This document shows positions 1 to 10,357 of a stretch of DNA of 64,000 bases, piece after piece. Made by a program: the position numbers and the translations under genes. The notes beneath the pieces were generated by a model. It was not told where the DNA came from. It did no database searches and saw nothing but the letters and a program-made list of their open reading frames with translations. Within the stretch, counting starts at the first letter, position 1, and each line of letters begins with the position of its first letter. The DNA comes from an uncultured bacterium (GTDB lineage Bacteria; Oederibacteriota; PGYV01; CAWJRG01). The stretch spans positions 320,001-384,000 of the forward strand of contig CAWJRG010000010.1 of assembly GCA_963845185.1 (NCBI GenBank). Reading direction: 5' to 3'.

Positions 1-47
1 TAAAAATTTTTTCTTTTTGATTTTCGAGGTGTAAAATTTGCTCGGCA

Positions 48-602
48 TTATATGGTCATCAAGTCTTGTTCTTTTGCCTTTGCAATATCATCAATTTCTT
101 TTATAAATTTATCCGTTGTTTTTTGCACCCGTGCTTCGCCGTGTTTTAAATCGTCCTCGGATATTTCCTTTGTTTTCTGTTTATCCTTGAGTTTTTCGTT
201 TGTATCTCTTCTCACGTTCCTTATATTTACCTTTGTCTCTTCGGCTATTTTCCCCACTTTTTTAACAAGTTCTTTTCTGGTTTCCTCGGTTAGTTCCGGA
301 AATTTAACTTTTAAAGATTCCCCTGTATTCACCACCGAAAGCCCTATGTTTGCCGCAAGTATGGATTTTTCAATCTCGGCAAGCATGATTTTATCCCATG
401 GTTTTATGTCGATGGTTTTAGCTTCAATTACCGCTACGCTTGCCACCTGATTTATGGGCATTGCGCTGCCGTAATACTGCACTTTTATGCCGTCGAGAAC
501 CCCCGCGTTTGCCCTGCCCGTCCTTATATTCGCAAGTTCCTTCTGAAAAACTTCGACAGTCTTCGTCATTTTTCCTTCTGATTCCTTAAAAATTTCCTCC
601 AT
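48..602 (-). CDS. frr: Ribosome recycling factor
   Basis: IRTGRAN and NIRNVRRD motifs; canonical rpsB-tsf-pyrH-frr order. Confidence 0.97.
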   Translation of the reverse strand: MEEIFKESEGKMTKTVEVFQKELANIRTGRANAGVLDGIKVQYYGSAMPINQVASVAVIEAKTIDIKPWDKIMLAEIEKSILAANIGLSVVNTGESLKVKFPELTEETRKELVKKVGKIAEETKVNIRNVRRDTNEKLKDKQKTKEISEDDLKHGEARVQKTTDKFIKEIDDIAKAKEQDLMTI

Positions 603-616
603 AATACATCCTCCTG

Positions 617-1336
617 CTATGAAGTTATTATGGTACCAATATTCTTCTTTTCAGCAACTTTTTTTATGTTCCCTTTTTCTTTCAGATTAAAAATAATTAT
701 CGGAATTTTATTGTCCATGCAAAGAGATATTGCAGTGGCATCCATCACCTTAAGGCCCTTGTTCAGTACGTCAATATATGAAAGTTTGGAATATTTTTTT
801 GCGTTCTTGTCTATTTCAGGGTCTCCGCTGTATACGCCGGATACTCTTGTTGCTTTTAAAATTACTTCGGCACCCATCTCAATTGCGCGTAAAGCCGCTG
901 CTGTATCCGTTGTAAAATAAGGATTGCCTGTGCCGCCTCCGAATATTACCACCCTGCCTTTCTGCAGGTGCCTTTGCGCCCTTCTTTTTATAAAAGGCTC
1001 GGCAATTTCATGCATTTCAATTGCAGTCAGTACTCTTGTTTGTATATTCATCTGCTCCAGTATGTCCTGAAGCGCAATGGAATTGATTATGGTCGCAAGC
1101 ATTCCCATATAATCGCCGACAACCCTGTCTATTTTGAAATTCTTTCCCCTGCCGCCCCTGAATATATTTCCTCCTCCTATGACGACGCCGATTTCGACTC
1201 CCATCCTGTGCACTTCTTTTATTTCCTCGGCTATATTGTAAACCGTATCATAATCTATCCCTGATGATTTTTCGCCGGCAAGAGCTTCGCCGGAAATTTT
1301 TAGCATGATACGTTTATATTTGGAACCCTTCGCCAT
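617..1336 (-). CDS. pyrH: UMP kinase
   Basis: [26 protein letters not shown] motifs. Confidence 0.97.
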   Translation of the reverse strand: MAKGSKYKRIMLKISGEALAGEKSSGIDYDTVYNIAEEIKEVHRMGVEIGVVIGGGNIFRGGRGKNFKIDRVVGDYMGMLATIINSIALQDILEQMNIQTRVLTAIEMHEIAEPFIKRRAQRHLQKGRVVIFGGGTGNPYFTTDTAAALRAIEMGAEVILKATRVSGVYSGDPEIDKNAKKYSKLSYIDVLNKGLKVMDATAISLCMDNKIPIIIFNLKEKGNIKKVAEKKNIGTIITS

Positions 1337-1386
1337 ATTAGCAAACCTCCATTGTCGATATTGGATAAGTACCGTCCAATATCGCT

Positions 1387-1986
1387 TTAATTTTCTCCCA
1401 CTTTGAATCTTGCGAACCTTTTTACTACTATATTTTCGCCTATCTTGGCAATTTTTTCCTTAATGATGCTTTCTATTGTCTTTTTGTCGTCTTTTATATA
1501 AGCCTGTTCAATAAGGCATGTGTCCTTATAAAATTTATCCAGTTTGCCTTCGATAATTTTTTCAATAACCGGTGCGGGTTTGCCTGAATCTTTCATCTGT
1601 GACCTGTAAATCTCTTTTTCCTTTTCAATGACTTCAGCCGGGACATCTTCTCTTTTCACATACTGAGGTGCCATTGCCGCTATTTGCATTGCGATTTCCT
1701 TTGCGAGTTCCTGGAAATCATCGGTCCTAGCCACAAAATCAGTCTCGCAGTTAATCTCAAGCATTGCTCCAAGTTTATTGTTTGAATGGATGTATGAATA
1801 AACAAGCCCTTCTTTTGCAACTCTGTCGCTTTTTTTTGCCGCTCCAGCTATTCCCTTTTCCCTCAAATAATCAACTGCCTTGCCAATGTCTCCGCTTGTT
1901 TCAGCAAGGGCTTTCTTGCAATCATTCACACCCGCCCCTGTTTTTTCCCTTAGTTCTTTTACCATTTCTATTGTTACTTCAGCCAT
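1387..1986 (-). CDS. tsf: Elongation factor Ts (short form)
   Basis: [21 protein letters not shown] motifs. Confidence 0.97.
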   Translation of the reverse strand: MAEVTIEMVKELREKTGAGVNDCKKALAETSGDIGKAVDYLREKGIAGAAKKSDRVAKEGLVYSYIHSNNKLGAMLEINCETDFVARTDDFQELAKEIAMQIAAMAPQYVKREDVPAEVIEKEKEIYRSQMKDSGKPAPVIEKIIEGKLDKFYKDTCLIEQAYIKDDKKTIESIIKEKIAKIGENIVVKRFARFKVGEN

Positions 1987-2051
1987 ATCACTTTCTCCTT
2001 TTATTTTTCATATATGCATGGCGATTATTTAATTTACGCCGTGACATATTT

Positions 2052-2909
2052 TTAATTTTGCGTCGATGTTGGTTCTGATTGGGGCGGTTCTTCCTTAAAA
2101 ACAGTTTCAAAATTCATATTGGGTTCAAACGCGGCTGCTTTTTCGCCTGATTCATCTGTTTTTGCGGCAATTGCCTCTGCTGAGGATTCCTGTTCTACTT
2201 TAACTTCAACTGCCTTTTCCCTTTCAATAGCGACTTTTTCTTCTGTTATCGTGTCCGCCATTATCTTGCACATCAGGCGGACAGCCCTTATCGCATCATC
2301 GTTCCCTGGAATTAAAAAATCAATACCATCAGGGTCGCAGTTTGTGTCTACAACGGCTACTGTAGGTATTCCGAGCCTGTTTGCCTCTTTTACCGCATTC
2401 TCTTCCCTTTTTACGTCTATAACAAATATTGCGCCAGGAAGTATGTCCATGTCTTTTAATCCTTCAAGGTTGTTTTTTAATTTTTTGAATTCTTTCTGGA
2501 TAGCCATTTTTTCTTTTATCGGGTATTTTTCAAATCCGCCCGTAGCTTCCATCTCTTCAAGTTCTTTGAGCCGCTCAACCCTTTTTTTGATGGTTACAAA
2601 ATTCGTAAGAATCCCGCCAAGCCATCTGTTGTTGATATATGGCATGCCGCAGCGGATTGCCTCTTCCTTGATTGCGTCCTTGGATTGTTTTTTGGTGCCG
2701 ACAAAAAGGATTTTTTTGCCGTTCCTTACAACCTGCCTAAGAAATTGAACCGCTTCTTTTGTATAGCGCATGGTTTTTTGCAGGTCGACGATGTAAATAC
2801 CGTTTCTTGCGGCAAATATGTAGGGTTTCATTTTGGGGTTCCATCTTTTGGTCTGGTGCCCGAAATGGACCCCGCTTTCGAGAAGTGCTTTCATGGAAAT
2901 CTGTGGCAT
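2052..2909 (-). CDS. rpsB: 30S ribosomal protein S2
   Basis: [29 protein letters not shown]. Confidence 0.98.
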   Translation of the reverse strand: MPQISMKALLESGVHFGHQTKRWNPKMKPYIFAARNGIYIVDLQKTMRYTKEAVQFLRQVVRNGKKILFVGTKKQSKDAIKEEAIRCGMPYINNRWLGGILTNFVTIKKRVERLKELEEMEATGGFEKYPIKEKMAIQKEFKKLKNNLEGLKDMDILPGAIFVIDVKREENAVKEANRLGIPTVAVVDTNCDPDGIDFLIPGNDDAIRAVRLMCKIMADTITEEKVAIEREKAVEVKVEQESSAEAIAAKTDESGEKAAAFEPNMNFETVFKEEPPQSEPTSTQN

Positions 2910-2920
2910 AAAACTTCCTC

Positions 2921-3008
2921 CTTTAGGTTTTTTCCTCTGCTTCCGTCATTTTTCAACGTTCCCCTGTTTCTTAAGGGGACCTGCGCTGAAATCAGGCAAG
3001 CATGTGTT
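2921..3008 (-). promoter_or_regulatory. Probable rpsB (S2) autoregulatory leader
   Basis: 5' UTR starts ACACATGC, has a central GC-rich hairpin (TCCCCT..AGGGGA) and ends GAGGAAAAAACC before the SD, the layout typical of rpsB leaders. Confidence 0.55.
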
Positions 3009-3033
3009 ATTTAAATCCTTTAAAAGCTGCTAA

Positions 3034-3062
3034 ATAGTATCATACCATATATTATTTTGCAA
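3034..3062 (-). promoter_or_regulatory. sigma70-type promoter of the rpsB operon
   Basis: TTGCAA-N17-TACTAT with extended -10 TG. Confidence 0.6.
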
Positions 3063-3112
3063 GAAATTTCTTTAAGACTAGGTCCATTGCTTTTTTGAAA
3101 AATATGATACTT

Positions 3113-4774
3113 TTATATGGAATATTTAAACATTGTTTTAATTTTTTCGTAATTGTTCGTTTTTCCTAGTTTTTTGAAAATATTTTTAAATATCTTCTTA
3201 GCCTGCCCCGGCAAATGCAAAAGATACCTGTAATCAGCCGGCACTTCCGCTTTCGTGACGTTCAAAATTTTGTCTGTTGTATGCGGCAGGTTTAAAACCC
3301 AGACATTTGAACTTTTTATTTTAAACTGCGTGAGCAATGGATATTGATTATTGAGAAGTATAAGATTTTTCCCCTTGTTTATCGTCTGGCTTATAAAAAT
3401 ATTATCTTCAATCTTATAGCTTTTCCCCTTTATATCAATTGTTTTTATTTTTATGCCTTCTTCCGATTTTTTGATTTCAAATTTTTTGTTTATATGCCCT
3501 GCAAAATTAATTGTCATAAATATATCTTTTTTTTGTTTCAATAGGAATGTGAAAACTTTTTCAAATTCTCCTCTTTCAGCGGACTGCTCGGTTAAAATTA
3601 CGCCTTTTGACTGTGTTTTCAGGTTTGGCGTAATAAAAGCCGGGGCATCAAGCATGAGAAAATACTGGTGCAGTTTCTCGTCACCGTAAGTGTTTAATGC
3701 CCTTATAATAGGTATTGAAAAAACGGTTTTGTCCTCTGCCGCTGAATCTATTTTAGGGGTATGTTTTATAAGCGACTCTACCAGCGGCCTTACCTTAGGC
3801 AGCGGCAGGTTTCCTGCGCAAAATAAGATTATTTCTTCAGCGCCTGCTAAAGATGCCTGATATGCCTGTTCCGGGTATGTTTTTTCATCGCACATATAAG
3901 CGTCAAGCCACGCTTTTTTTACTTTATTTCCTGCAATCTCATGTATATATCTATGCAGCATTGCGCCGTAGACCGGCATATACCGTGATTTGTTAAAATC
4001 CCTTGTTTCAACTCCAACGGCAATTTCGTCGAATGCTGGCACGAGTTTGGCCAGGTCATAACCCCTGTCATAGTATGATTCCATCCAGTTGGGAAGCTTT
4101 AATATAAGTTTAACGTCTTTTTTTATTTCCTTTGCCGGGGTTATTATATTCTTTTTTGCCGCCTCAAAAAGAAGCTCGCTCCTGAATTCCTGCCATGTTT
4201 TATTATGCCTCATTTTTATACAATTTGAGCACTTGCATACGGTAAAATACCAGTCATCAATTATTATTTCATTGAACATGCCGGCGGTGTACCTGAAAAT
4301 TTCCGCCATTTTTTCATTTCCACGCCTGTCGGTATAGCAGGTCGAAGCACAGGCATATTCATTGTATTTCGTCCTGTTGGAAAAATGAGTGGTTGTTACC
4401 GCGCCAGAAACCGCAAAACCTTTATTTGACAGGATTTCTTTTGCATAAAGTATCGTATTTTCATCCACCAGTAAACCGTCTCTGTAGGTTTCGAGATAGA
4501 CCTTTTTTACATTAAGCGGAGAAAAAATATCTATGAAATCCTCCATGATTTTGTCATAATCCCTGACGTCAAAGGCTGTAAAATAAAGTGAATATGAAAA
4601 ATTTTCGGGATTGACTTTTTTGCCTGCAAAAGGTGAATAATTCGTGACAAGCGGATCCGCCGGCACTGAAACCGGCTGCATTGCGAGGGGTCTTAATTCC
4701 TTTGATGGGTAACTAAGTGCATTAACAAATTCTATTTGTTTTGTTTCTTTTTCCTTTTTATTTTTTTTGGTCAT
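3113..4774 (-). CDS. Hypothetical protein, possible TIM-barrel glycoside-hydrolase-like fold
   Basis: 553 aa ORF with RBS; YLETYRDG and EIIIDDWYFxxCxC segments resemble GH-like barrels. Confidence 0.5.
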   Translation of the reverse strand: MTKKNKKEKETKQIEFVNALSYPSKELRPLAMQPVSVPADPLVTNYSPFAGKKVNPENFSYSLYFTAFDVRDYDKIMEDFIDIFSPLNVKKVYLETYRDGLLVDENTILYAKEILSNKGFAVSGAVTTTHFSNRTKYNEYACASTCYTDRRGNEKMAEIFRYTAGMFNEIIIDDWYFTVCKCSNCIKMRHNKTWQEFRSELLFEAAKKNIITPAKEIKKDVKLILKLPNWMESYYDRGYDLAKLVPAFDEIAVGVETRDFNKSRYMPVYGAMLHRYIHEIAGNKVKKAWLDAYMCDEKTYPEQAYQASLAGAEEIILFCAGNLPLPKVRPLVESLIKHTPKIDSAAEDKTVFSIPIIRALNTYGDEKLHQYFLMLDAPAFITPNLKTQSKGVILTEQSAERGEFEKVFTFLLKQKKDIFMTINFAGHINKKFEIKKSEEGIKIKTIDIKGKSYKIEDNIFISQTINKGKNLILLNNQYPLLTQFKIKSSNVWVLNLPHTTDKILNVTKAEVPADYRYLLHLPGQAKKIFKNIFKKLGKTNNYEKIKTMFKYSI

Positions 4775-5048
4775 TTTTCCTCTTTTTAATGCGGGAGTCC
4801 CACATATTTTTCATTCAGAAACATTTTACATTTAACCGTTTTTTCTAAAAACCACAATTTTGTACATAGTTGAATAAAATTTGTCCCCTATTATAACCAT
4901 ACAACTTTTCATTTACAAGCAAAAAGTTGATAAGGCTGGTTTTAATGGATGGTTCCGCCGCGCCAGAATATCATGCTTGCCTCTCCCTGAAAAAACTGAC
5001 GTTGGCAGGGACTGTATAAAATTCATTCGTAACGTTTATGAATTCTAA

Positions 5049-5966
5049 CTATTTCTCAGGCCTTCTTTCAAATAATTTCCTCTTCATCTTTACCTTTTTA
5101 TTTGAAAAATTTCTGTTATTATTGTCATATTTATGAAGCATCTTCTGCACTTTCATTCTTCTTTCCTGTGAAAATGAATTTGGCGAGCTGTTAAGCCTCT
5201 GCCTGAAATTCTCCATTTTTTTCTGCCTTACCTGTTGTTGGTACTGGCGCAGCCTGCCTGTTCTTTTCAATTCGCGCATATACTTTACCCTGTTTCTCAT
5301 GTCAAACATCTCGGTCTTGCGTTTTAAAAAATATTCTCTCATTTTATAAGGATTGGACGCCTTCCTGTCCTTTTCACCAACGGTCGTTTCCTGGTTTTCT
5401 GGTATAATTACTTCATTTACAACCTTTCCGTTTGCGTCAAGCCCAGAAACTTTTACGCTTCCGCCATAAACACCAACCTTGCTGTCCCTGTTATTCTGGT
5501 CCCCTGCGTCGACTGCGAAGTCTGTGCCCTTTACGGCAGCCATCGCCATCTTGGTTTTAACCTCGAACTTGTCATTGCCCTGAAGCTTATTTACAGATGT
5601 GAAAAGTTTGCCGGTTATTAATTCAATTATTGTTTGTTTCCAGTCCTTGCGTTCAAGGGTAAGTATCACCATGTCGCTGTTTGGGTCCAATTTTACAATG
5701 GTATCATCGTCAAACGCAATTTCGGCATAACCGTCTTTTCCTGTTTTAACAGTGTCATTTTCATACAGCGGCAAGTACATATCGTCTATATCCTCGTATT
5801 TGTTTTCCCCGTTTCTCTTTATCTGGCAGTCGCCGTTGAAGTCATTTATATACGCTATTGAGTATTGACCTTCCTCTGCCGCATAGATTTTCTGCGCCGG
5901 CTGCTGTGTTTGGTATATTAGAACAAGTGCCGCAAACATCATAAAAAATTTTGAAAATGTTTTCAT
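5049..5966 (-). CDS. Secreted FecR-domain protein with basic C-terminal tail
   Basis: Signal peptide; DTVKTGxDGYAEIAF and AAVKGTDF FecR motifs. Confidence 0.8.
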   Translation of the reverse strand: MKTFSKFFMMFAALVLIYQTQQPAQKIYAAEEGQYSIAYINDFNGDCQIKRNGENKYEDIDDMYLPLYENDTVKTGKDGYAEIAFDDDTIVKLDPNSDMVILTLERKDWKQTIIELITGKLFTSVNKLQGNDKFEVKTKMAMAAVKGTDFAVDAGDQNNRDSKVGVYGGSVKVSGLDANGKVVNEVIIPENQETTVGEKDRKASNPYKMREYFLKRKTEMFDMRNRVKYMRELKRTGRLRQYQQQVRQKKMENFRQRLNSSPNSFSQERRMKVQKMLHKYDNNNRNFSNKKVKMKRKLFERRPEK

Positions 5967-6081
5967 GCGAATCCTCCTTTATAATCTTTATGTATTTGAC
6001 GCTAATTTCATACAGAATGTTTACGCGAAACTGTCTTGTAATAAATGCCGGGTAAACATTCGCTTAAATTACGGTCTAAAA

Positions 6082-6702
6082 CTATTTCGTTATAAGATAA
6101 ATGCCATAAATAAGCAGCCAGATTGAAACCAGAATTGCTGCTATCTTGCCGGCGTTCCTTACCCTGTCAAATCTTGTTATTAGCCCTGTAAAAATAAAAG
6201 GCAAGACATAAACCGTAGTCGAAGCGAAAAAAAACGCAAAATACAAAATGCTCCCGAAAACTGTTTTTAATGCAATTGTGTATGAAAACGCCGCTAAGAA
6301 AGGCGGGCAAAAATTCAGGCCGTTGATAAGTCCTGCAGTAAAAGGTATTCTCGCCGACACTTTCAAAAAATTCATGTATTTATTTGTTTTTTCAATCCCT
6401 TCAAAAATAATGCCTGATGAATAAAGTAGCATTAAAAAAGCCGTAACAATTATTAATATTCCGTATATTTTTCCTGATATTTTCATATTTCCTATTAATA
6501 TGCCTGTCATTCCCGCTATTATTCCGGCTATCATATAGGCAATCAACCTGCCGGTCAGGTATTCCATTACTATAAGGAAATTGCCCTTGGTGTTTCTGTG
6601 CTCTGCAATCAAAAACGGCACCAAAAAAGGCGTGCATGCCCCAAGACAACTCCCACCTGATGACAGGCCCAGCAAGAGGGCGTTTATCATATGGCTGCCC
6701 AT
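6082..6702 (-). CDS. TauE/SafE (DsbD_2-like) membrane protein
   Basis: Multiple TM helices; SCLGAC and GLNFCPP cysteine motifs. Confidence 0.7.
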   Translation of the reverse strand: MGSHMINALLLGLSSGGSCLGACTPFLVPFLIAEHRNTKGNFLIVMEYLTGRLIAYMIAGIIAGMTGILIGNMKISGKIYGILIIVTAFLMLLYSSGIIFEGIEKTNKYMNFLKVSARIPFTAGLINGLNFCPPFLAAFSYTIALKTVFGSILYFAFFFASTTVYVLPFIFTGLITRFDRVRNAGKIAAILVSIWLLIYGIYLITK

Positions 6703-7865
6703 CAGCGCGCAACACCAATTAGTTTCAAAATCACTATCATTGCATCAGGCACAAAAAATGAAGATATGGCGCCTCCGAGTATTAACGCGCTTAATATGTA
6801 AATTATGTGCACTTTTTCGTTATAAATAATTTTCTCTTCTCTGTTTTTATACCGGCTTTTAAATCGCAGTTCCGTAATTTTCATATTTATGGCTTTCTGC
6901 GGGCATTTATCCATGCACACGCCGCAGCGCACGCAATAATTTGATATTTCATAATTCTCGTTTATAGCGAACACAGGGCAGTTTATCGCGCATATTCCGC
7001 ATTTTGTGCATTCTTCCTGGTTTATTTTTATCCTGTAAGGATTGGCTTGCCCCGCTATGGATATAAACGCGCCGAACGGGCAAATAAAAGAGCAAAATGT
7101 CCTTTTTTTCATGATTAGCGGCAAAATAGCTAGAAAAATCAGGCCTATGGCGCAGAAAACAATTATCTGCAGTTTATATATTGTCATGTCGCCTTTGTTT
7201 AAAAAGGCTGTCGTAAGTTTAAGCGGGCACACCCACATGCAGAACACAGGCTCGAAAAGCACTATCGACGCCAGCATCAAGAATATCCAGAATCCCAGCG
7301 GAAAATCTCGCAGACGCTGCGGCAAAAAATTAAATTTTAATCTTTGTTTCTTGAAAATTTTGCTCATTGCCTCGTCAATCCCGCCGTAAAAGCAGGCCCA
7401 GGAACAAAACCCCTGCCCGATACTTAACGTTGAAAAAACATATAATACCCCAAGCGTATAAAATCCCCATTTGTCCCAGCCGTAAAACACCGCGGATTTT
7501 ATCTGGTCCCCCAGCGTGATAAGCAGGTTTGACGCTATCGCGATATGGCAAAAAGGCACTTCCGGGACATTTGCCTGTTTCGCTATAAAAATATTTTGTG
7601 TCGCGCCCCACAGCCTGAATTTAAACACTATTATAAAGCTTATTGCCGATGTGATAAAAAAAATACTGCGGTATTTCGATATTTCCCCGTTGTAAAAAAT
7701 CAGGAAAGCAATAAGTCCGAGGAATAAAGCATAGATTGTTTTTGCCGCGGTATATTCAATTCCGCGTTTTTCGGTAAGAAAGAATAAAACCATAAAGAAT
7801 ACAAATAAAAAACCGGATAAAATTAAACTTTTATTCAATGATAACTTGTTCCGATTTTGAATCAT
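6702..7865 (-). CDS. Membrane 4Fe-4S binding protein (polyferredoxin)
   Basis: FCSWAC, FCMWVCP, FCSFICP and two CxxCxxCxxxCP clusters. Confidence 0.85.
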   Translation of the reverse strand: MIQNRNKLSLNKSLILSGFLFVFFMVLFFLTEKRGIEYTAAKTIYALFLGLIAFLIFYNGEISKYRSIFFITSAISFIIVFKFRLWGATQNIFIAKQANVPEVPFCHIAIASNLLITLGDQIKSAVFYGWDKWGFYTLGVLYVFSTLSIGQGFCSWACFYGGIDEAMSKIFKKQRLKFNFLPQRLRDFPLGFWIFLMLASIVLFEPVFCMWVCPLKLTTAFLNKGDMTIYKLQIIVFCAIGLIFLAILPLIMKKRTFCSFICPFGAFISIAGQANPYRIKINQEECTKCGICAINCPVFAINENYEISNYCVRCGVCMDKCPQKAINMKITELRFKSRYKNREEKIIYNEKVHIIYILSALILGGAISSFFVPDAMIVILKLIGVAR

Positions 7866-7866
7866 T

Positions 7867-8184
7867 TTAAAGTGTTTCTTCCATTACCCATTTAATATAG
7901 TCTTTATTTCCTTCGTTTATGTCAAAAGCTATGATTTCAGGCACAGTATATGGATGCAATGTTTTTACCCTGTTTATAAGTCTATTCACCATGGATTTCT
8001 TTGTTTTAATTATCAATAGGTTTTCTATTGCTCTTTCAATTTTTCCTTTCCACCAATATGACGAATTAACGTTTTTCACCCTGTTGACACATGCGGCAAG
8101 CCGCTCTTTTAACAGTACATTTATTATTTTATCGGCGCTTTTTTCTTTGTCAATTGTGATAAAAACAACGCTTATTTGTTTCAT
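7867..8184 (-). CDS. cutA: Divalent-cation tolerance protein CutA
   Basis: ERLAACVN, SYWWKG, HPYTVPEI. Confidence 0.92.
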   Translation of the reverse strand: MKQISVVFITIDKEKSADKIINVLLKERLAACVNRVKNVNSSYWWKGKIERAIENLLIIKTKKSMVNRLINRVKTLHPYTVPEIIAFDINEGNKDYIKWVMEETL

Positions 8185-8196
8185 TCATCACCAACC

Positions 8197-8292
8197 AAGA
8201 TATCGTTTGTTTTGTTAAGCCTGCGGTGCAAATAAAGCATTACGAGATCTTGTACCCGCTCAAGTCTCGAGCTTGCGAGAGATAAGAGGTAC
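8197..8292 (-). repeat. Two-hairpin repeat family A, copy 1
   Basis: Plus-strand CGTTTGTTTTG..CATTACG..GTACCCGCTCAAGTC..GGTAC; ends 12 nt upstream of cutA ATG. Confidence 0.85.
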
Positions 8293-8304
8293 TTTTGTCT
8301 AAAA

Positions 8305-8988
8305 TTATTTAATTGCGTAAAATCCTGCCTGCATATATGAATACCAGAAAAGTTCCACAGAACTAAACCCGCAGTAGCGCAGCATCGAAAGGTGTTCCTC
8401 AACAGTTATTGGAAAATATTCTTTGCCGAACCTTTCCATGTGCTTGTCAGCTTCTTTTTCAGTCCTGCCGGCAGATATCATAAAACTCTTCCAGTATTTC
8501 TTTCCTATTTTAATCCCTTCTTCTGTCATAGGCCGTATATTCTCAAAAGTTATATACATTCCGCCCGGTTTTAAAAGGTTAAAACAAACAGCAGTTGCTT
8601 TAATCCTCTGTTTCGCCTGCAGATAATGATGTGCCTGTATTGCCGTAATTATATCAGGGCTTCCAGACATTTTCAGGTCCTGCGTTCCAGTTGGGGGAAT
8701 GAACCTGAACCAGCCTTTTTTCTTTTCAAGTTTTTTCTTTGCCATTTTCAGCATCTGTTCCGAAGGGTCGGACAGCACAAATGTAGCACCTGGAAATACA
8801 GCCAGGGCCTTTTCCACGAAACTGCCTGTGCCACACCCTGCGTCCAGCCATAAGGCAGGTTCTATTCCAGCCGCTTTAACGAATTTTAATGTTTCATTAT
8901 GCATGTTGTCGTAATATGGAATTGTTTTTTTGACCTGAACGTCAAATTCCGAAGACTTGTGCGCGCTTGTATTGTCATTTTTTGGCAT
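8305..8988 (-). CDS. Class I SAM-dependent methyltransferase (CmoA-like)
   Basis: WLDAGCGTG motif I, LKPGG. Confidence 0.85.
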   Translation of the reverse strand: MPKNDNTSAHKSSEFDVQVKKTIPYYDNMHNETLKFVKAAGIEPALWLDAGCGTGSFVEKALAVFPGATFVLSDPSEQMLKMAKKKLEKKKGWFRFIPPTGTQDLKMSGSPDIITAIQAHHYLQAKQRIKATAVCFNLLKPGGMYITFENIRPMTEEGIKIGKKYWKSFMISAGRTEKEADKHMERFGKEYFPITVEEHLSMLRYCGFSSVELFWYSYMQAGFYAIK

Positions 8989-9026
8989 TTATTCTTCCTT
9001 CCTGACTATTGGATTTGAGATATTAT

Positions 9027-9126
9027 GATATCGTTTGTTTTGTCAAGCTTCTTAGCGCAGATAAAACATTACGATATCTTGCACCCGTTCCAGTCCAAGG
9101 CTGCCAAGCCGAGGACAAGCGGTGTA
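9027..9126 (-). repeat. Two-hairpin repeat family A, copy 2
   Basis: Same consensus as 8197-8292; upstream of the methyltransferase. Confidence 0.85.
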
Positions 9127-9160
9127 AAAATTATATCATTAATCAATGCTTTGTAAAATG

Positions 9161-9193
9161 AAAAAGGCACGCAGCTCTTGCTGCGTGCCTTTT
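9161..9193 (-). terminator. Rho-independent terminator
   Basis: AAAAAGGCACGCAG-loop-CTGCGTGCCTTTT just downstream of the 9208-9426 gene. Confidence 0.8.
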
Positions 9194-9207
9194 CAAAATA
9201 AGCGGTA

Positions 9208-9426
9208 TTACTTTACCGCTGGTGTAGTTGCCGCAACCGGCGTAGCCACTGCCGCGGCTTTTTTAACTTTCTTAACTTTCTTGATTCTCTTCTGGCCCGA
9301 TTTTGCTGACATTGTCGTCTTTACCGGGGCTGCCTGGCCTGTTGCTGCCGGGGCAGTTGTTTCTCCAGCTGCGAAAACCGATACTGTGAATAACAAAGCT
9401 ATTGCAGATACTATTAACTTTTTCAT
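9208..9426 (-). CDS. Small secreted Ala/Thr/Lys-rich protein, tandem copy 2
   Basis: Signal peptide MKKLIVSAIALLFTVSVFA; GGAGG SD; paralog at 9466-9684. Confidence 0.8.
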   Translation of the reverse strand: MKKLIVSAIALLFTVSVFAAGETTAPAATGQAAPVKTTMSAKSGQKRIKKVKKVKKAAAVATPVAATTPAVK

Positions 9427-9465
9427 GATATTGCCTCCTGATTTTTTTAGTTTTTAAATTTTGCC

Positions 9466-9684
9466 TTACTTTACCGCTGGCGTCGCTGCCGCAACCGGCG
9501 TGGCTACTGCCGCGGCTTTTTTAACTTTCTTAACTTTCTTAATTCTTTTCTGGCCCGATTTTGCTGTTGCTGTTGTCTTTACCGGAGCTGCCTGGCCTGT
9601 AGTTGCCGGGGCAGTTGTTTCTCCAGCTGCGAAAACCGATACTGTGAATAACAAAGCTATTGCAGATACTATTAACTTTTTCAT
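9466..9684 (-). CDS. Small secreted Ala/Thr/Lys-rich protein, tandem copy 1
   Basis: Start moved to ATG 9684 (GGAGG SD, same length as paralog, 72 aa). Confidence 0.8.
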   Translation of the reverse strand: MKKLIVSAIALLFTVSVFAAGETTAPATTGQAAPVKTTATAKSGQKRIKKVKKVKKAAAVATPVAAATPAVK

Positions 9685-9758
9685 GACATGCCTCCTGATT
9701 TTTTTAGTTTTAGAATTATAAATCATCAGATTAAATAATAGGTCGGGCCTAAAAAGAG

Positions 9759-10139
9759 TCAGTTTCTTGATTTTCTTATTGTGATATTTATCTTTTCTTT
9801 AAACATCCTGCTATTTTTATCTATTATGCCGCTTGCCTGATTTTCAGGCTCATTCTGCCTTGCGCAGTATATGTTAACTGTTTTATTATTTACTTTCTTG
9901 GTGATTTCTTCGCCGTTTAGCAATAACTTTCCCTTTATTTTTGCATTTTCATTTTTCCCGTGGCTTTTCTTCTTTATGGCTGTCTTGTATTGAAGATTTT
10001 TAACCAGTACCTGCCCGTAAATCTTAACTGGTTTGGATATTAAAAAGCTGTTTGCCGAGAGCATAAAAATCCCGCTCCCTGCGTATAACTCTGCAGCCAT
10101 GAATAATATTACGCTTGTAACCGCTAAAATAGTTTTCAT
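9759..10139 (-). CDS. Hypothetical secreted protein
   Basis: AAGGAG SD, N-terminal signal-like segment. Confidence 0.55.
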   Translation of the reverse strand: MKTILAVTSVILFMAAELYAGSGIFMLSANSFLISKPVKIYGQVLVKNLQYKTAIKKKSHGKNENAKIKGKLLLNGEEITKKVNNKTVNIYCARQNEPENQASGIIDKNSRMFKEKINITIRKSRN

Positions 10140-10154
10140 AATATACTCCTTAAC

Positions 10155-10250
10155 AAGAGTTTATTTTTGCAAGCCGTCAACAGGCGCAGCAAAAATATTA
10201 CTCTTTTTTATACCCTATCAAGTCCCGAGCTTGCGAGGGACAAGCGGTAT
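10155..10250 (-). repeat. Two-hairpin repeat family A, copy 3
   Basis: Compensatory changes (AAGAGTTT..TATTACTCTT); abuts SD of 9759-10139. Confidence 0.8.
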
Positions 10251-10357
10251 CAGCAATCATTTACTTTATCAAGCCTTTCAACTTCAAGAACAATCCTGCT
10301 TTAAAGCCTCATTTATACATCTTAGACGTTTTATATCATCAATGGGTTTACATGCAT

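Noticed and set aside
52..2748. Long plus-strand ORFs antisense to frr, pyrH and rpsB, and similar shadow ORFs throughout (e.g. 52429-53199, 46483-47067)
   Set aside because: They overlap well-supported genes on the other strand, lack SD and motifs, and reflect codon bias
9208..9684. Possible DGR template/variable repeat pair, given an RT in the window
   Set aside because: Differences are not adenine-specific, both copies are coding, and the RT is followed by group II intron domains V and VI
8197..10250. Family A as integron attC sites around gene cassettes
   Set aside because: No RYYYAAC/GTTRRRY core sites, two hairpins rather than one, copies precede housekeeping genes such as dcd, and no integrase is present
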